From: Eledone cirrhosa
Taxonomy: Eukaryota
Length of the DNA stretch: 64,000 bases
NCBI GenBank assembly: GCA_964016885.1
Contig: OZ024742.1
Span: 297,972,001-298,036,000 of the forward strand
Direction: 5' to 3'
Shown: positions 53,063 through 64,000 of the stretch, piece by piece
Layout of the letters: the number at the start of each line of letters is the position of its first letter
Numbering within the stretch: position 1 is the first letter of the stretch
The notes under the pieces: generated by a model
What the model was told of the DNA's origin: nothing
The model's input: only the letters and a program-made list of their open reading frames with translations
The model's database searches: none
Made by a program: the position numbers and the translations under genes

Positions 53063-53494
53063 TCTTCTAAACACCATATAGATATTGCTCAATTTGTGAT
53101 TGCTTGCTTACTTGTCTGTAATGTAACACAGCCAAAAGGATACATAATGGGAAAATACTTTGAAAGGAAGTTGACCTTGAAATGGGAATACAAATGGAAT
53201 AAAACAAGTTTCGCGTAAATCGGAGCACGGGTTCCTGAGATATGGGGTTTTTCGGGTACCTTCATAAATAGCACAATGGAAAAATAATCCGAAAGTAACA
53301 TAACCCTGCAAACCTTCATAAATAGCCAAAACGGTGCATAATGGGAAAATTCTCTGAAAGTAACATAACTCTGAAAGGGGAATACAAATGGAATAAAACA
53401 AGTTTCGCATAAATCAGACCATGGGTTCCCGAGATACGCGTTATTTTGGGGTACCCTGAACCATTGGTGACCCAACGGGTCACAGGTAGTCTAG
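53063..53494 (+). mobile_element. Short non-autonomous Helitron with an internal duplication (period about 195 bp)
   Basis: A|TC start; hairpin gtgaccc-aac-gggtcac at 53467-83; CTAG|T at 53491-95; about 53125-53260 is repeated at about 53320-53457. Confidence 0.7.
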
Positions 53495-54549
53495 TATTTT
53501 CTAAAATTAGTAGAACCCAAATCTATATTTTATGTAAAATCCACACCACTCTAATTTTATTTATTTCTTACATAAAAATAATAAAGAATTTTATATTTGG
53601 TCAAGCATAAAGAAAAAGTAAGTAGTATTGTAAAAGACTATACATGACAGGAAAAGGAGAGAAAGGGCAACGATTATTGATCTTAAAGAACAAAAGGGCA
53701 AATTTAACCTCAGCAGGATTTGAACATATTTGTTTTGACGCACTAGCACATCATGTCTATATTGGAAATAAACATTATTATTAAAACAATTGCATTTCAG
53801 AAGAGACAAATTCGCTGTTAAAAAAGCACAAAAAAAAAACAAATGTTTAAATTCATGGTTAAATTCACTTTTATTTATCATATTTATTCCGTGGTGTCAT
53901 GGTCACTGACAGAACTTTTAACACCAAGAAATGAATGATAGATGTAAAGTGAATATAATGGTTTTTGTTTGTTTTTTTGAGTGGCTAAAATGACTCTCTC
54001 ATGATGTAATTGTTTAAGTTTCAACACACAGTCTGAAATCCAGTCACTTGCCAGACAAGTACAACTCCAAAGTTATTATTAAATCTATATCTGAATAACA
54101 TACTGAAAGAAACTAAAGTAAGCAATTCTCTTTAAACACCAATTATTTCTACCATATTTTGGAATATCTTGGGCAATTAACTTCTTAGTTCTTCTAACTG
54201 TTCTCTATTTTAATTTATTTTCTACATAATAACATATTACACATCTGATTAGTTCTAGTCATCAAGTGGAATCTATCCCAAAGCAAATATTATAGACAGT
54301 CTAATATTCTTTTGCTGTTTTTTTTATTATTATTATTTTATTGGCATCAGTTATTCGTCTGTGGTTCTGTTGGGGCTGTAACCTGAAGGGTTTTAGACAA
54401 TTATCTTTTACATCAACACCATTACAGTCTGGTACTTATTTCATTGATTTTTATTTATCAAATTGTTGAGTTAACCTATTTTTAGAGTTACCTTCCATTA
54501 ATGATGTAAATATCTTTAAGGTTTATACACTGGTTTACAAACACACACA

Positions 54550-54617
<68 letters not shown>

Positions 54618-54678
54618 TTATAGTTGTTTTATGTACATAGAGCCAGTCAAATATTAACTCAATACATGTGAGCAGTGT

Positions 54679-54716
<38 letters not shown>

Positions 54717-55213
54717 CGTATGTATATGTGTGTGCATAAAGTAAATGACAAAAACAACACAAGGTAATGATAGAATACAATGAAGATATATATTAGTTTA
54801 ATGCTTGAGATTGTAGGAAAAGTGTTTTAACATTTCAGACGTTAGTCCTTCATCAAAAAGATAGGATGAGAGATAAAAGAAGAAACAGAAAAATAGACAA
54901 GTGTAAGAAGAGGAAGAAATGTATATTGTCTTCCCCATTATTTTAGAATGGTTGTAGTTGCAAGTTGCCCTTCTTATCATCAACAACTTTACATATGGAT
55001 TGAATAGGTTTTATAGTACAGCCAGAAATATATATTCTGCACAGTTTCTGTCTACTAAATGTTCCCCCAAAAGGCATTGCTTAATCAAAGTCCATGGTAA
55101 AAGAAAAATTAAACACTTGCCCAAGGTTCTGCATAGTTAGTTCAAATTTCTAACCACAAGGTTCGAAGCAATCTTCTTCACTCCATTGCCAGGGCAGTAT
55201 TCATATGTGTATG

Positions 55214-55250
<37 letters not shown>

Positions 55251-55894
55251 TCATACATACACATATATACAATAAATATTAGCAAAGGCCATATGAAGTT
55301 GAGCATAAACTTATTCAGCTTTTATTCATATTTCTCTAGAGCTGATGACTAGGTGAAGTGATCACCTGAAATCATCAGACAACATTCAGAGATAAAGACA
55401 AGCAACTTCTATAGTTTATCAATATGAGGGCCAGCACTGAGCCTATTCACACACACACTTACACACACACACACACATATATATATATGAACATCTTTTC
55501 CTGTGCCGGAACATATACTACAAAGAATTTTGTCTGATGCTCACACGAAGTTAATAATAATGGTTTCTGCTGTATAATGATTTCAAGGCCAGCAATTTGG
55601 AGAGAGCGGAACAGCATTTTTCTAATTGATTCCAATACTTTATTGATACTTTATTTTATGAACCCAGGAAGAATGAAAGATGAAGTTGACATTCATAGGA
55701 TCTGAACTTAAAACAAAGGACTGGAAAGCATTTGTCTGCTGCTCTTATGTTTGGGCCAATTGACTGCCTTAATATTAATTTCTTTATTATATAAATAATA
55801 ATGGCTTCCTTATTAGCCACACAAGGCAAATAATAGAGATGGTACAAAATAATCAGATGTTGCTGTGTATTGAAGCGATTAATACTTGTGATTT

Positions 55895-57825
55895 TAGACA
55901 CAAGGCCAGCAATTTTAGGGGAGGGGGAATTCGATGAAATTGAACTCAGTGTGTTACTGGTACTTTATTTTATCGACCCCGTAAAGATGAAAGGCAAAGC
56001 TAGCCTAGGTGAGATTTGAACTCAGAATGTAAAGGGTGGTAACTATACGCTGCCAAGCATATTGTCTGACACTCTACTGATCTGCCAATCCACTGCTTTT
56101 ATAATAATAATAATGATAATAATGGTTTCTACTATAGGCACAAGGCCAACGATTTTTTGGGAGAGGGGAAGTCCATTAAATTGCCCCCAGTACATTACTG
56201 GTGCTTTATCTTATCGACCTATAAGGACGAAAGGCAAAGCTAACTTCGACAGGATTTGAACTTAGAACGTAAAGGGCAATAACACTATGCCGCGAAGGAC
56301 GGTGTTCGACGCTCTACCGATACTGCCAATAATAATAATAATGGTTTCTTTATTAACCACACAGAGCTGACATAAAGCAAACAATAGAGCTGTCACAAAA
56401 CATTAGTGTGCCGTTTTGTGTGTAAAACAAAGGTTATAAGGAAAACTGAAACAATAAACATTTAAAAAAAAATTTTATAAAAATATTCTCTCTTGATAAA
56501 ACATTAAAAAAAAAAATATTGATAATTCATATATTTTTCCTGACTAAAATTTAAAAAAAAAAATTTTGAATTTAAAATTGTTTTTTAATTTATATATTTC
56601 TATGTATTTGTTTACTTATATTTTACATGATGATTAGTTTTTGGTTATGACTTGTTTCCAATGTATAAATAATTTCATCATTGTGAACAAAATGACAAAT
56701 ATTTGTTGTAACAATGAAACTGAAGAAGTTGAAGATTTCTATTGCACATAATGGGTGGAAAGAAGAAAGAGAATAATAATAAACAACAAAAACACTATTG
56801 TATTATTGTAAAGACTGGGAGGTAACTCTGTCAAAGATGATATAAATAATATATCTTTTAAAGTAAATATATATTGGTTGGTGAAAATTACTGACAGCTC
56901 TCCCTCACAGCATTTTTACTAAATGTTCTGATAGAAATATACAAGTTTAGCTTATAAGGATTATGTGTATCTAAAGGAGATTATGGGGAAATGAATTCAT
57001 TACCATAAAGGCAACACTGATAAATAAACAAAATCTGTCTTCAGCAATGTGATAGTGCTAATAATAATAATAATTCTTTCTACTTTAGGCACAAGGCCAG
57101 CAATTTTGAGGGAGGGAGAAGTCAATTAAATCAACCCCAGTGCATTACTGGTGCTTTATTCTATCGACCCCGTAAGGATGCAAGCAACGTTAACCTCGGC
57201 AGGATTTGAACTCAGATCATAAAGGGGCGTAACCGTATGCCATAAAGCATATTGTCCAACGCTCCACCGATACTGCCAATCTACCACCCTGCTAATAATT
57301 ATAATAATAAAATTGTTTCTACTTTTGGAACAAGGCCAGCAATTTGAAGGGGAGGGGAAAGTCGATTAAATCGACCCCAGTACATTATTAGTGCTTTATT
57401 TTATCGACCCCATAAGGATGAAAGGCAAAGTTAATCTCATGATAATAATAATCTATAGAGAATTAGAAATGTAGGTGCACTGGGAGCTGTTAATAAAATG
57501 TTAAAGCTTGAGAAGCTAGGAATTACCATCAGGACAGGATTGTTGCAGAAAACAGCCTTGCTAGGAACAGCAAGGATTCTAAGGGAGGTGCTAGAAAGTT
57601 GAAGGAGAAGGAATGACTTAAAGGACCTTTAACCATTGGCTATGGCTTGCTCTTTTGGTATAGTGTTGGTATAACATCTGTCAGAACAAAAGTGTTACGA
57701 ATAATAATTGTTTCTACTTTAAGCACAAGGCCAGCAATTACCCAGTATATTACTGGTACTTTGTTTTATCGACCCCCGTAAGGATGAAAGGCAAAGTCAA
57801 CCTCGGCGAGATTTGAACTCAGAAT
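55895..57825 (-). mobile_element. Cluster of five SINE1 copies in (TAA)n runs
   Basis: Copies at about 55895, 56120, 57070, 57310 and 57705. Confidence 0.8.
57468..57707 (+). mobile_element. 3' end of another R4/Dong-like family
   Basis: VGALG...LLQKTALLGTARILREVLES*; ends in aataataat. Confidence 0.75.
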
Positions 57826-57844
57826 AGCAAGATAATAATAATAT

Positions 57845-58900
57845 TGGATGTAAGATTTTGTGTAAAAGAAATGTTTACAATAGACATTAAAAAGATAAAG
57901 ATTTAAAAAAACAAATTCCTCAAAAGTGGGGAGATCTCTGTGGAGAAAACCCGCAAAAAGCCATGATAGCCTTTACTGCTAGAGCAAATGCCCTCTCTCA
58001 GTTGTCCTTCTCCTATATACAGGGGTATACTTAGAGAAAGCTCATTCTCTTGGACCATGCCTCTTTTACAAACCTTTCAACAAACTGGTTGGAAGGTGGC
58101 ATTTCTTTCTCAAACCTAATTATTTCTTCAGGTGAAACTGAAAAAGTTAATCAGGGCTCCACTGAAGAGGAAAGTGCTTGTCTTCAACCCTTTCAAATGC
58201 ATCCACAATATGACCTCTTTTACTCTATCCACCAGGCAGATAAAAACTGCTTGTCCTTCCCCTCTAAAGGAAGACAGTGGGGTGAACTTCCCAATGGATT
58301 CAGTTGATAGTCAGATCCGTCCCATGCATGCCAGCATGTATTCAACATAAACCCTCACGTTAGCAATACTCGGACACTCACTGGGTGCATGCAGGATGGT
58401 TTCATCAACCTGCATGCATCTCAGACAGGCCTGGCTGACAGCACTTCCATGCTTGTAGAGTTTATCTTGAACTGGCAAAGCTTCTCAGTAGCACTGCCAG
58501 GCCAGGGATTTCTGGAAGTTATCCATGGGCCCTGGATCAAAAGTCCTCTGAGAAAGAGAGGCTAGTTGATTTTTGCGAACCACCAGATTCTGCCAAAGAA
58601 CATCAATTTTACTTGCTATAGAATGCCTTGGTGGAATTTCCACCGATTGCACTGCCTGATTGGCTGAGGGCTATGAGCAGTTGAAGACATTCCAGTTTCA
58701 ACTGTTCCCATTCAGTCTTTGCTTGACCCAGGGCTGTAGCTCTGTCTAGGAGATGAGCTGTAAAATCTTAGACAAGAAAATAGCAACCGCACCTGTTCCC
58801 TGTTGAGGTAAAGCTGGAGATGTCATAGCCTGTTTGTGTATCATCAGTCATGGCATGCCCAGTCCTCCACTCAGCAGGTGTTAGCAGCAAATGGATCACC
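57845..58900 (-). mobile_element. Decayed L1/Tx1-like LINE 3' part
   Basis: MDNFQKSLAWQCY*EALPVQDKLYKHGSAVSQACLRCMQVDETILHA..ECP, a zf-RVT-type zinc knuckle. Confidence 0.7.
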
Positions 58901-59613
58901 TGACACATCATGGTTTGCCAAAAATCGAATTCTGGCTTTGATGCCATGTTGCACTTCCACCACCTGAACTCATCGAACTGATTTCATCCCCCTGTATCTA
59001 AGAACATGTGCCTTAAAGCTGGTATTGCAGCCTTCATGCTTCATCATCATCATCATCATCATCACCATTTTACATCCTGTTGTGGGCAAAGCCAGGTCAA
59101 GTGACTGTGTCTTGCTCATAAAAATTTGTCCAGTGCCAATCTTGCTGTGAACACATCCGCTGTGTTGCCTTTCCTAATGGTCTCTTATAACTTTCTAACT
59201 TGTTCTCCTTCTAATCTAGTATTCTCTATTGCTACTCCCTTACTAAACCTTATTGATTCTACTCTAATTGTCATTTTCAGAATAAAACACCATCTGTTGT
59301 AGACAACTGCTCCTGTCAAAGCCAGCTTAACTGATTCACTAATCTTTCTGCACAGAGAATAATAATAATAATAAAAAATCTGAAAAATTAATAAGTAGGG
59401 TGGGTGGGGGATTATTCAAAACCCCGAGAGTGGCATTCATTTTCCATGCTAGCATGAGTTCGACAGCTTGTCACTGACCAAGTCAGTACATAATCAGAGC
59501 TACTGATTTATATATACACAGTGTCCCGCAAAAATATAAACACTAAGGCTGTGCATTCTAATAAATATTGCCTGTACAGGTAATCAAAGTGTGTATACAT
59601 TTTTGGGACACCC

Positions 59614-59674
<61 letters not shown>

Positions 59675-59944
59675 TCGGAGTAAGAGGCAAGAAAGACATG
59701 TAGAAGAGTGTTTGTCAGGGGGAATGTGGTAATAGTGAGAGGCAGAAAAAAAGAAATGCTATTTCCTGACAGAAATGCTATTATGTGGTCAAGGCAAAAA
59801 AAAGAGAGGAGTGTTTATCAGGGGCAGGAAGTGATACTGGTGTGAGGCTGAAGCAAGGGAATACCATTTACTGATAGACAATCACGTGCGCGCGTAATAT
59901 ATTGAAAACTGCAGAAGCTATTAAAGTGGTGGAGTTATTATTAA

Positions 59945-60163
59945 GGGTGGTGGATTGGCAGTATCGGTAGAGGGTCGGACGCCATGCTTTGACACATAGA
60001 GATACGGCCCTTTATGATCTGAGTTCAAATCCCGCCGAGGTTAACTTTGCCTTTCATCCTTACGGGGTCGATAAAATAAAGTACCAGTCACACACTGGGA
60101 TCGATTTAATCGACTTTCCCCTCCCTCAAAATTGCTGGCCTTGGGCCTATATAAGAAACCATT
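59945..60163 (+). mobile_element. SINE family 1, long variant
   Basis: Contains an extra gatcgatttaatcgactttcccctccctc segment. Confidence 0.9.
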
Positions 60164-60398
60164 AGTATTAAGGTTATTATTGGAGGTTGCAGTGGTGTTT
60201 GAGGTTGTGGCAAATCAGGAAATGCAAAAATAATATTTTTTTTAAATTAAAATTTATTTAAAAAAATTTGTCAGCTATTTAATATGTGTGCTTTGGTATA
60301 AATAACTGTTATCTGTTAAGTTGTATCTTTTATGAAATAACAGTTTCTAGTTAGATAAGTTTATCCAATAAAAATGAATAAAGTTCAAGATGAAATAT

Positions 60399-60617
60399 TT
60401 AACCCTTTAGCATTTAAACCGGCTATATCTGGCCAGAATTCTCTCACTTCTTTCTGTCCAAACCGGCTGTAACTGGCCACTCATACTGATGTGAAGATAT
60501 TATAAATAATATCAAAATCTCATAGATTCGATATTATGTGAGACAATTATATGAGATAAAGCCTTAACTGCAAAAATACAATAGTATATATAGACTAATG
60601 TAAATGCTAAAGGGTTA
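60399..60617. mobile_element. Intact piggyBac-type MITE
   Basis: TTAA-ccctttagcattta ... taaatgctaaaggg-TTAA. Confidence 0.85.
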
Positions 60618-61064
60618 ATAAAAAAAGGAATTTATTCAATATAACCAGTATTTAGTCATAGACAGTTACATGCTGTAGGAAATTAACTAAAGTTTGTGTT
60701 AGGATAATTAATACTAATAAGCAAGGCAAATAATGAAGAAAACAATTGCTAAAAACACTGTACATAAAAATATTAAATTAATGGTATAAATTACAATAAT
60801 GATAATTAATGGTATAATGATTCAAATACAATGATGCAATAAATATATTCATATAACAGTGTAATAATTCTAATATCATTAATTATTAGGTGTTGAGGCA
60901 AATATAATATAATTTCATTTTTTCTCATCTATTCATTGAGAGGTGATAAGTTACTTCAACAAAATTATGTATGATTCTACAAATATAAGTTGTAGTAATT
61001 ATTGTGTCTTAGTTGTCAACAACTGTGGAATTTCTGCAGGTCCAGCAATTTATATTTATTTTTA

Positions 61065-61455
61065 TTACTACACCTGATATTCCCACTCAATACACACACA
61101 TCATACGTGTGTGTCTGTGTGTATACCATGACTCATACACTGTTCACTTTCCTGACATTTATACACTATTCTATGTACTAGACTATGTACTCACGGCGGT
61201 GGATTGGCAGCTTCGGTAGAGGGTCGGACGCCATGCTTTGCAGCATAGAGTTACGGCCCTTTACGGTATGAGTTCAAATCTCGCAGAGGTTAACTTTGAC
61301 TTTTATCCTTACGTGGTCGATAAAATAAAGTGCCAGTAATGCACTGGGATAATTGCTTGCTTTGTGCCAAAAGTCGAAACAGTTATTCTATGTACTATAC
61401 ATGCACATTTGATGAGTTGTGGTGCACCTGAGCACTGTGCACAATAATTCTAATT
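61065..61455 (+). mobile_element. CR1/L2-like 3' end with a nested SINE1 (61193-61384)
   Basis: Homology to 15500-15715; duplication tattctatgtacta around the SINE. Confidence 0.65.
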
Positions 61456-61779
61456 ATTATAATTGTTATTATCATCATCACTTTTATTTTGATCATCATC
61501 AATAATAATAGTTTCTGATTATAAGAACAAGGCCAACAATTTTGGGAAAGCCAAGTAAATCGACCCCAGTGCATTACTAGTACTTTGTTTTATCGACTCT
61601 GTAAGGATGAAAGGCAAAGTTAACCTCAGTAGAATTTGAACTCAGAACTTAAAGAGCCATAACTCTGTGCAACAAAGCATGTTGTCCGATGCTCTACCAA
61701 TACTGCCAATAACAATAACAACAAAAACAAAAGTAGAAACAACAACAACAACAATAATAATCTGAGATATGTGGATTTG

Positions 61780-61995
61780 TCAGAGTAACTAAATGAGCAG
61801 AGACCAGAAAGGGTGTTAGAGAATTATGAATTTAAGCTTTTAGGGGACTGTACCATTCAATACAATAAACTGATTGAGGCAAGAAGACCAGACATTTTAG
61901 TTGTGAACAAGAAGAAAAATAAGACCCAAATTATTGCTATCTCTATCCCAGGAGATAGAAGAGATAAAGAGCATGAAAAGATGGGAAATGCATAG
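61780..61995 (+). mobile_element. RLE-domain fragment of an R4-like LINE
   Basis: PERVLEN...IEARRPDILVVNK...ISIPGD. Confidence 0.7.
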
Positions 61996-63134
61996 TTGTT
62001 GCCATAACCCAGCATCTATAATTATATGTGTACTTGTTCACATCAACATAAGTGTTTTATTTTCAGTTAATTCTTTGGTTCACAAGGACACATGATCTGC
62101 TAGAAATATCAAACAAATCTCCTTCATACCATATCTTACATCTTAACCTTTTTTTGATAACAAACTGCCTGAAAGCATACTTGTTTTCCAAAACAAAAGT
62201 TTTTTTTTTAAAAACCTTTTATCATAATTTTATGTAAGAACCTTTGTTAAGTTACGCTCTAAATACCACAAAAATATTGAGAAATTTATTTTAGAAAAAT
62301 AATGAGAAAGTTATTCATTTCTAAAATCCTCCCAAATTCTTGATTATTTTTAAAATTAATTGAAAATATGGCAATTAATATTTAAAATTAATTAGAAATA
62401 TGGCAAGGAAAGAGTTAAAAGGAAAGAGTTAAAAGAATGAACAAAAAATTAAAATAGGATGAACGTCTTTGACCATAAATTAGGCTTATTTGATCTGGTC
62501 TTACTTAGGATTAACCAACTTGCTTAACACATTTATAAATTATTTTTGCATTTCTTTTGAAGGTGTTCATACAAGAGCCTTGTAGAACCTATGCTTTTCA
62601 ATACATCTGGTTCTTATCTAGATAGTATAATGACTGTCATATTTCCACAATAGTACAATAACTGTAATAGGAACCCTACATATCTTCACTCCACTACCAG
62701 AACCTGATTTATTTATAAACACAGAAGAAATTATTTCTGTTTTCTTTCCATGTAGTCAGTCTGACTTTATCACCCAACTTTCTTGTACATCAAGACTTTA
62801 ATTGACACATTTTAATATTACTTACTATTTTCTGGTTATAAATTCTCATCGTAACTATAGTAAAACTTTTGATACAAAACCACTTGAAAGTATCCCTGGT
62901 TCTATGATACAATATTGTTTATTTTAAAGTGTTTATATTTATCTAACAACATTCCATTATAATTTTATGTAAGAGACATTGTAATGTTCCTAATACTAGC
63001 TTAATAATGAGAAGTTTAGTATATTATCAAGTCCCTTCAATTTTTTGGTTATTTTCAGAATTATGTAAAAATTATAAGTGTTGTCTTTCATTAGAAATAT
63101 ATGGAGATGATGCAAAAAACTAATTTGGTGATAG

Positions 63135-63184
<50 letters not shown>

Positions 63185-64000
63185 TGCATGTAACTTCCTA
63201 TCCACAAATATACTGTGGTAGTTCTGTATATGAATTTTGTAGTATTTTATTGTTTGCTATATTTCATGAAGACTTAGCTATTTTCTTTTATAGCCAGATA
63301 CCTTTCATGGCTGATAGGATGTATATCACCATGGCACCACAAGAGAAAATGCCTTACCAAAATAGATTCTATTTTCTTTAGGGAGTTTTCTTCATGAGGG
63401 ATAAGAAACCTCTTCTTTCTTGATTAGATATCATAAGGAAAACTGAGAAGATAGGTAAAAAGTGGAGCAGCAAGTATGTAAGATGTTCACTTAATGCATT
63501 AAAAGAAAAAGGTGTCAGTTCAAAATATAAAAAGAAATACGAAAATAAGCATTAGAAACGTTAAAGTGTATAGAAATATCATATTCCATAACTAAAAATA
63601 TAACAAATTTGGGAGCAGCTTATATAATTCTGTCTAAGTGTAAAATGTATATTTTTTGTCTGAAATATATATATTTTATGGGACAACAGTTTTAATTATA
63701 GACTTAGAAATGTTTGTATTTCATACATTCACTTACAATTAGGTAATTTCCAAAATAAAACAGAATCTGATATGTTTAGTTATTGGAAAAGTTTCAATGT
63801 ATTGATGGAAATATTGAAAATATTTAAGAACACAGTATTTTAGATGTGGATATATCTTAAACATAAGAATGGTGTAACTATTTCACACGATCAGGAAATA
63901 GTGTGGAATTAGATTGCTGAACTAATATTTCAACATATCAGTTACTGCAATTGAAAGGGTCTGTATAACCCCTCCCCCAAAAAGAAAGTGTGTAAAAGTT

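Noticed and set aside
55345-55385. Hammerhead at ctgatga...tcacctgaaatcatcag
   Set aside because: Better explained as a short palindrome (ctgatga/tcatcag); no stem III or stem I is consistent with a ribozyme.

Overview
AT-rich eukaryotic genomic DNA, almost entirely intronic or intergenic and packed with repeats. The SINE architectures and the (TA)n/(ATT)n/(CAT)n microsatellites suggest an octopus or other coleoid cephalopod; this is an inference. No intact long host CDS is present, and most ORFs in the track are microsatellite or repeat artefacts. Recognisable content: two main tRNA-headed SINE families; RTE-clade LINE fragments; R4/Dong-like restriction-like-endonuclease LINEs, including a near full-length, internally deleted copy in a (TAA)n-targeted stack at 43.3-47.5 kb; an L1/Tx1-like fragment; CR1-like 3' ends; a Penelope-like GIY-YIG fragment; a mariner transposase fragment; Helitron derivatives; and TTAA- and TA-type MITEs. 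A few weak candidate micro-exons of a minus-strand gene were also found. The most notable signal is a set of minimal type-I hammerhead ribozyme motifs (CUGANGA...GAAA...GUH) in short (TA)n-flanked elements. In several of them the inversion centre or truncation point falls on the ribozyme core. All calls were made by eye, and coordinates of decayed repeats are approximate.
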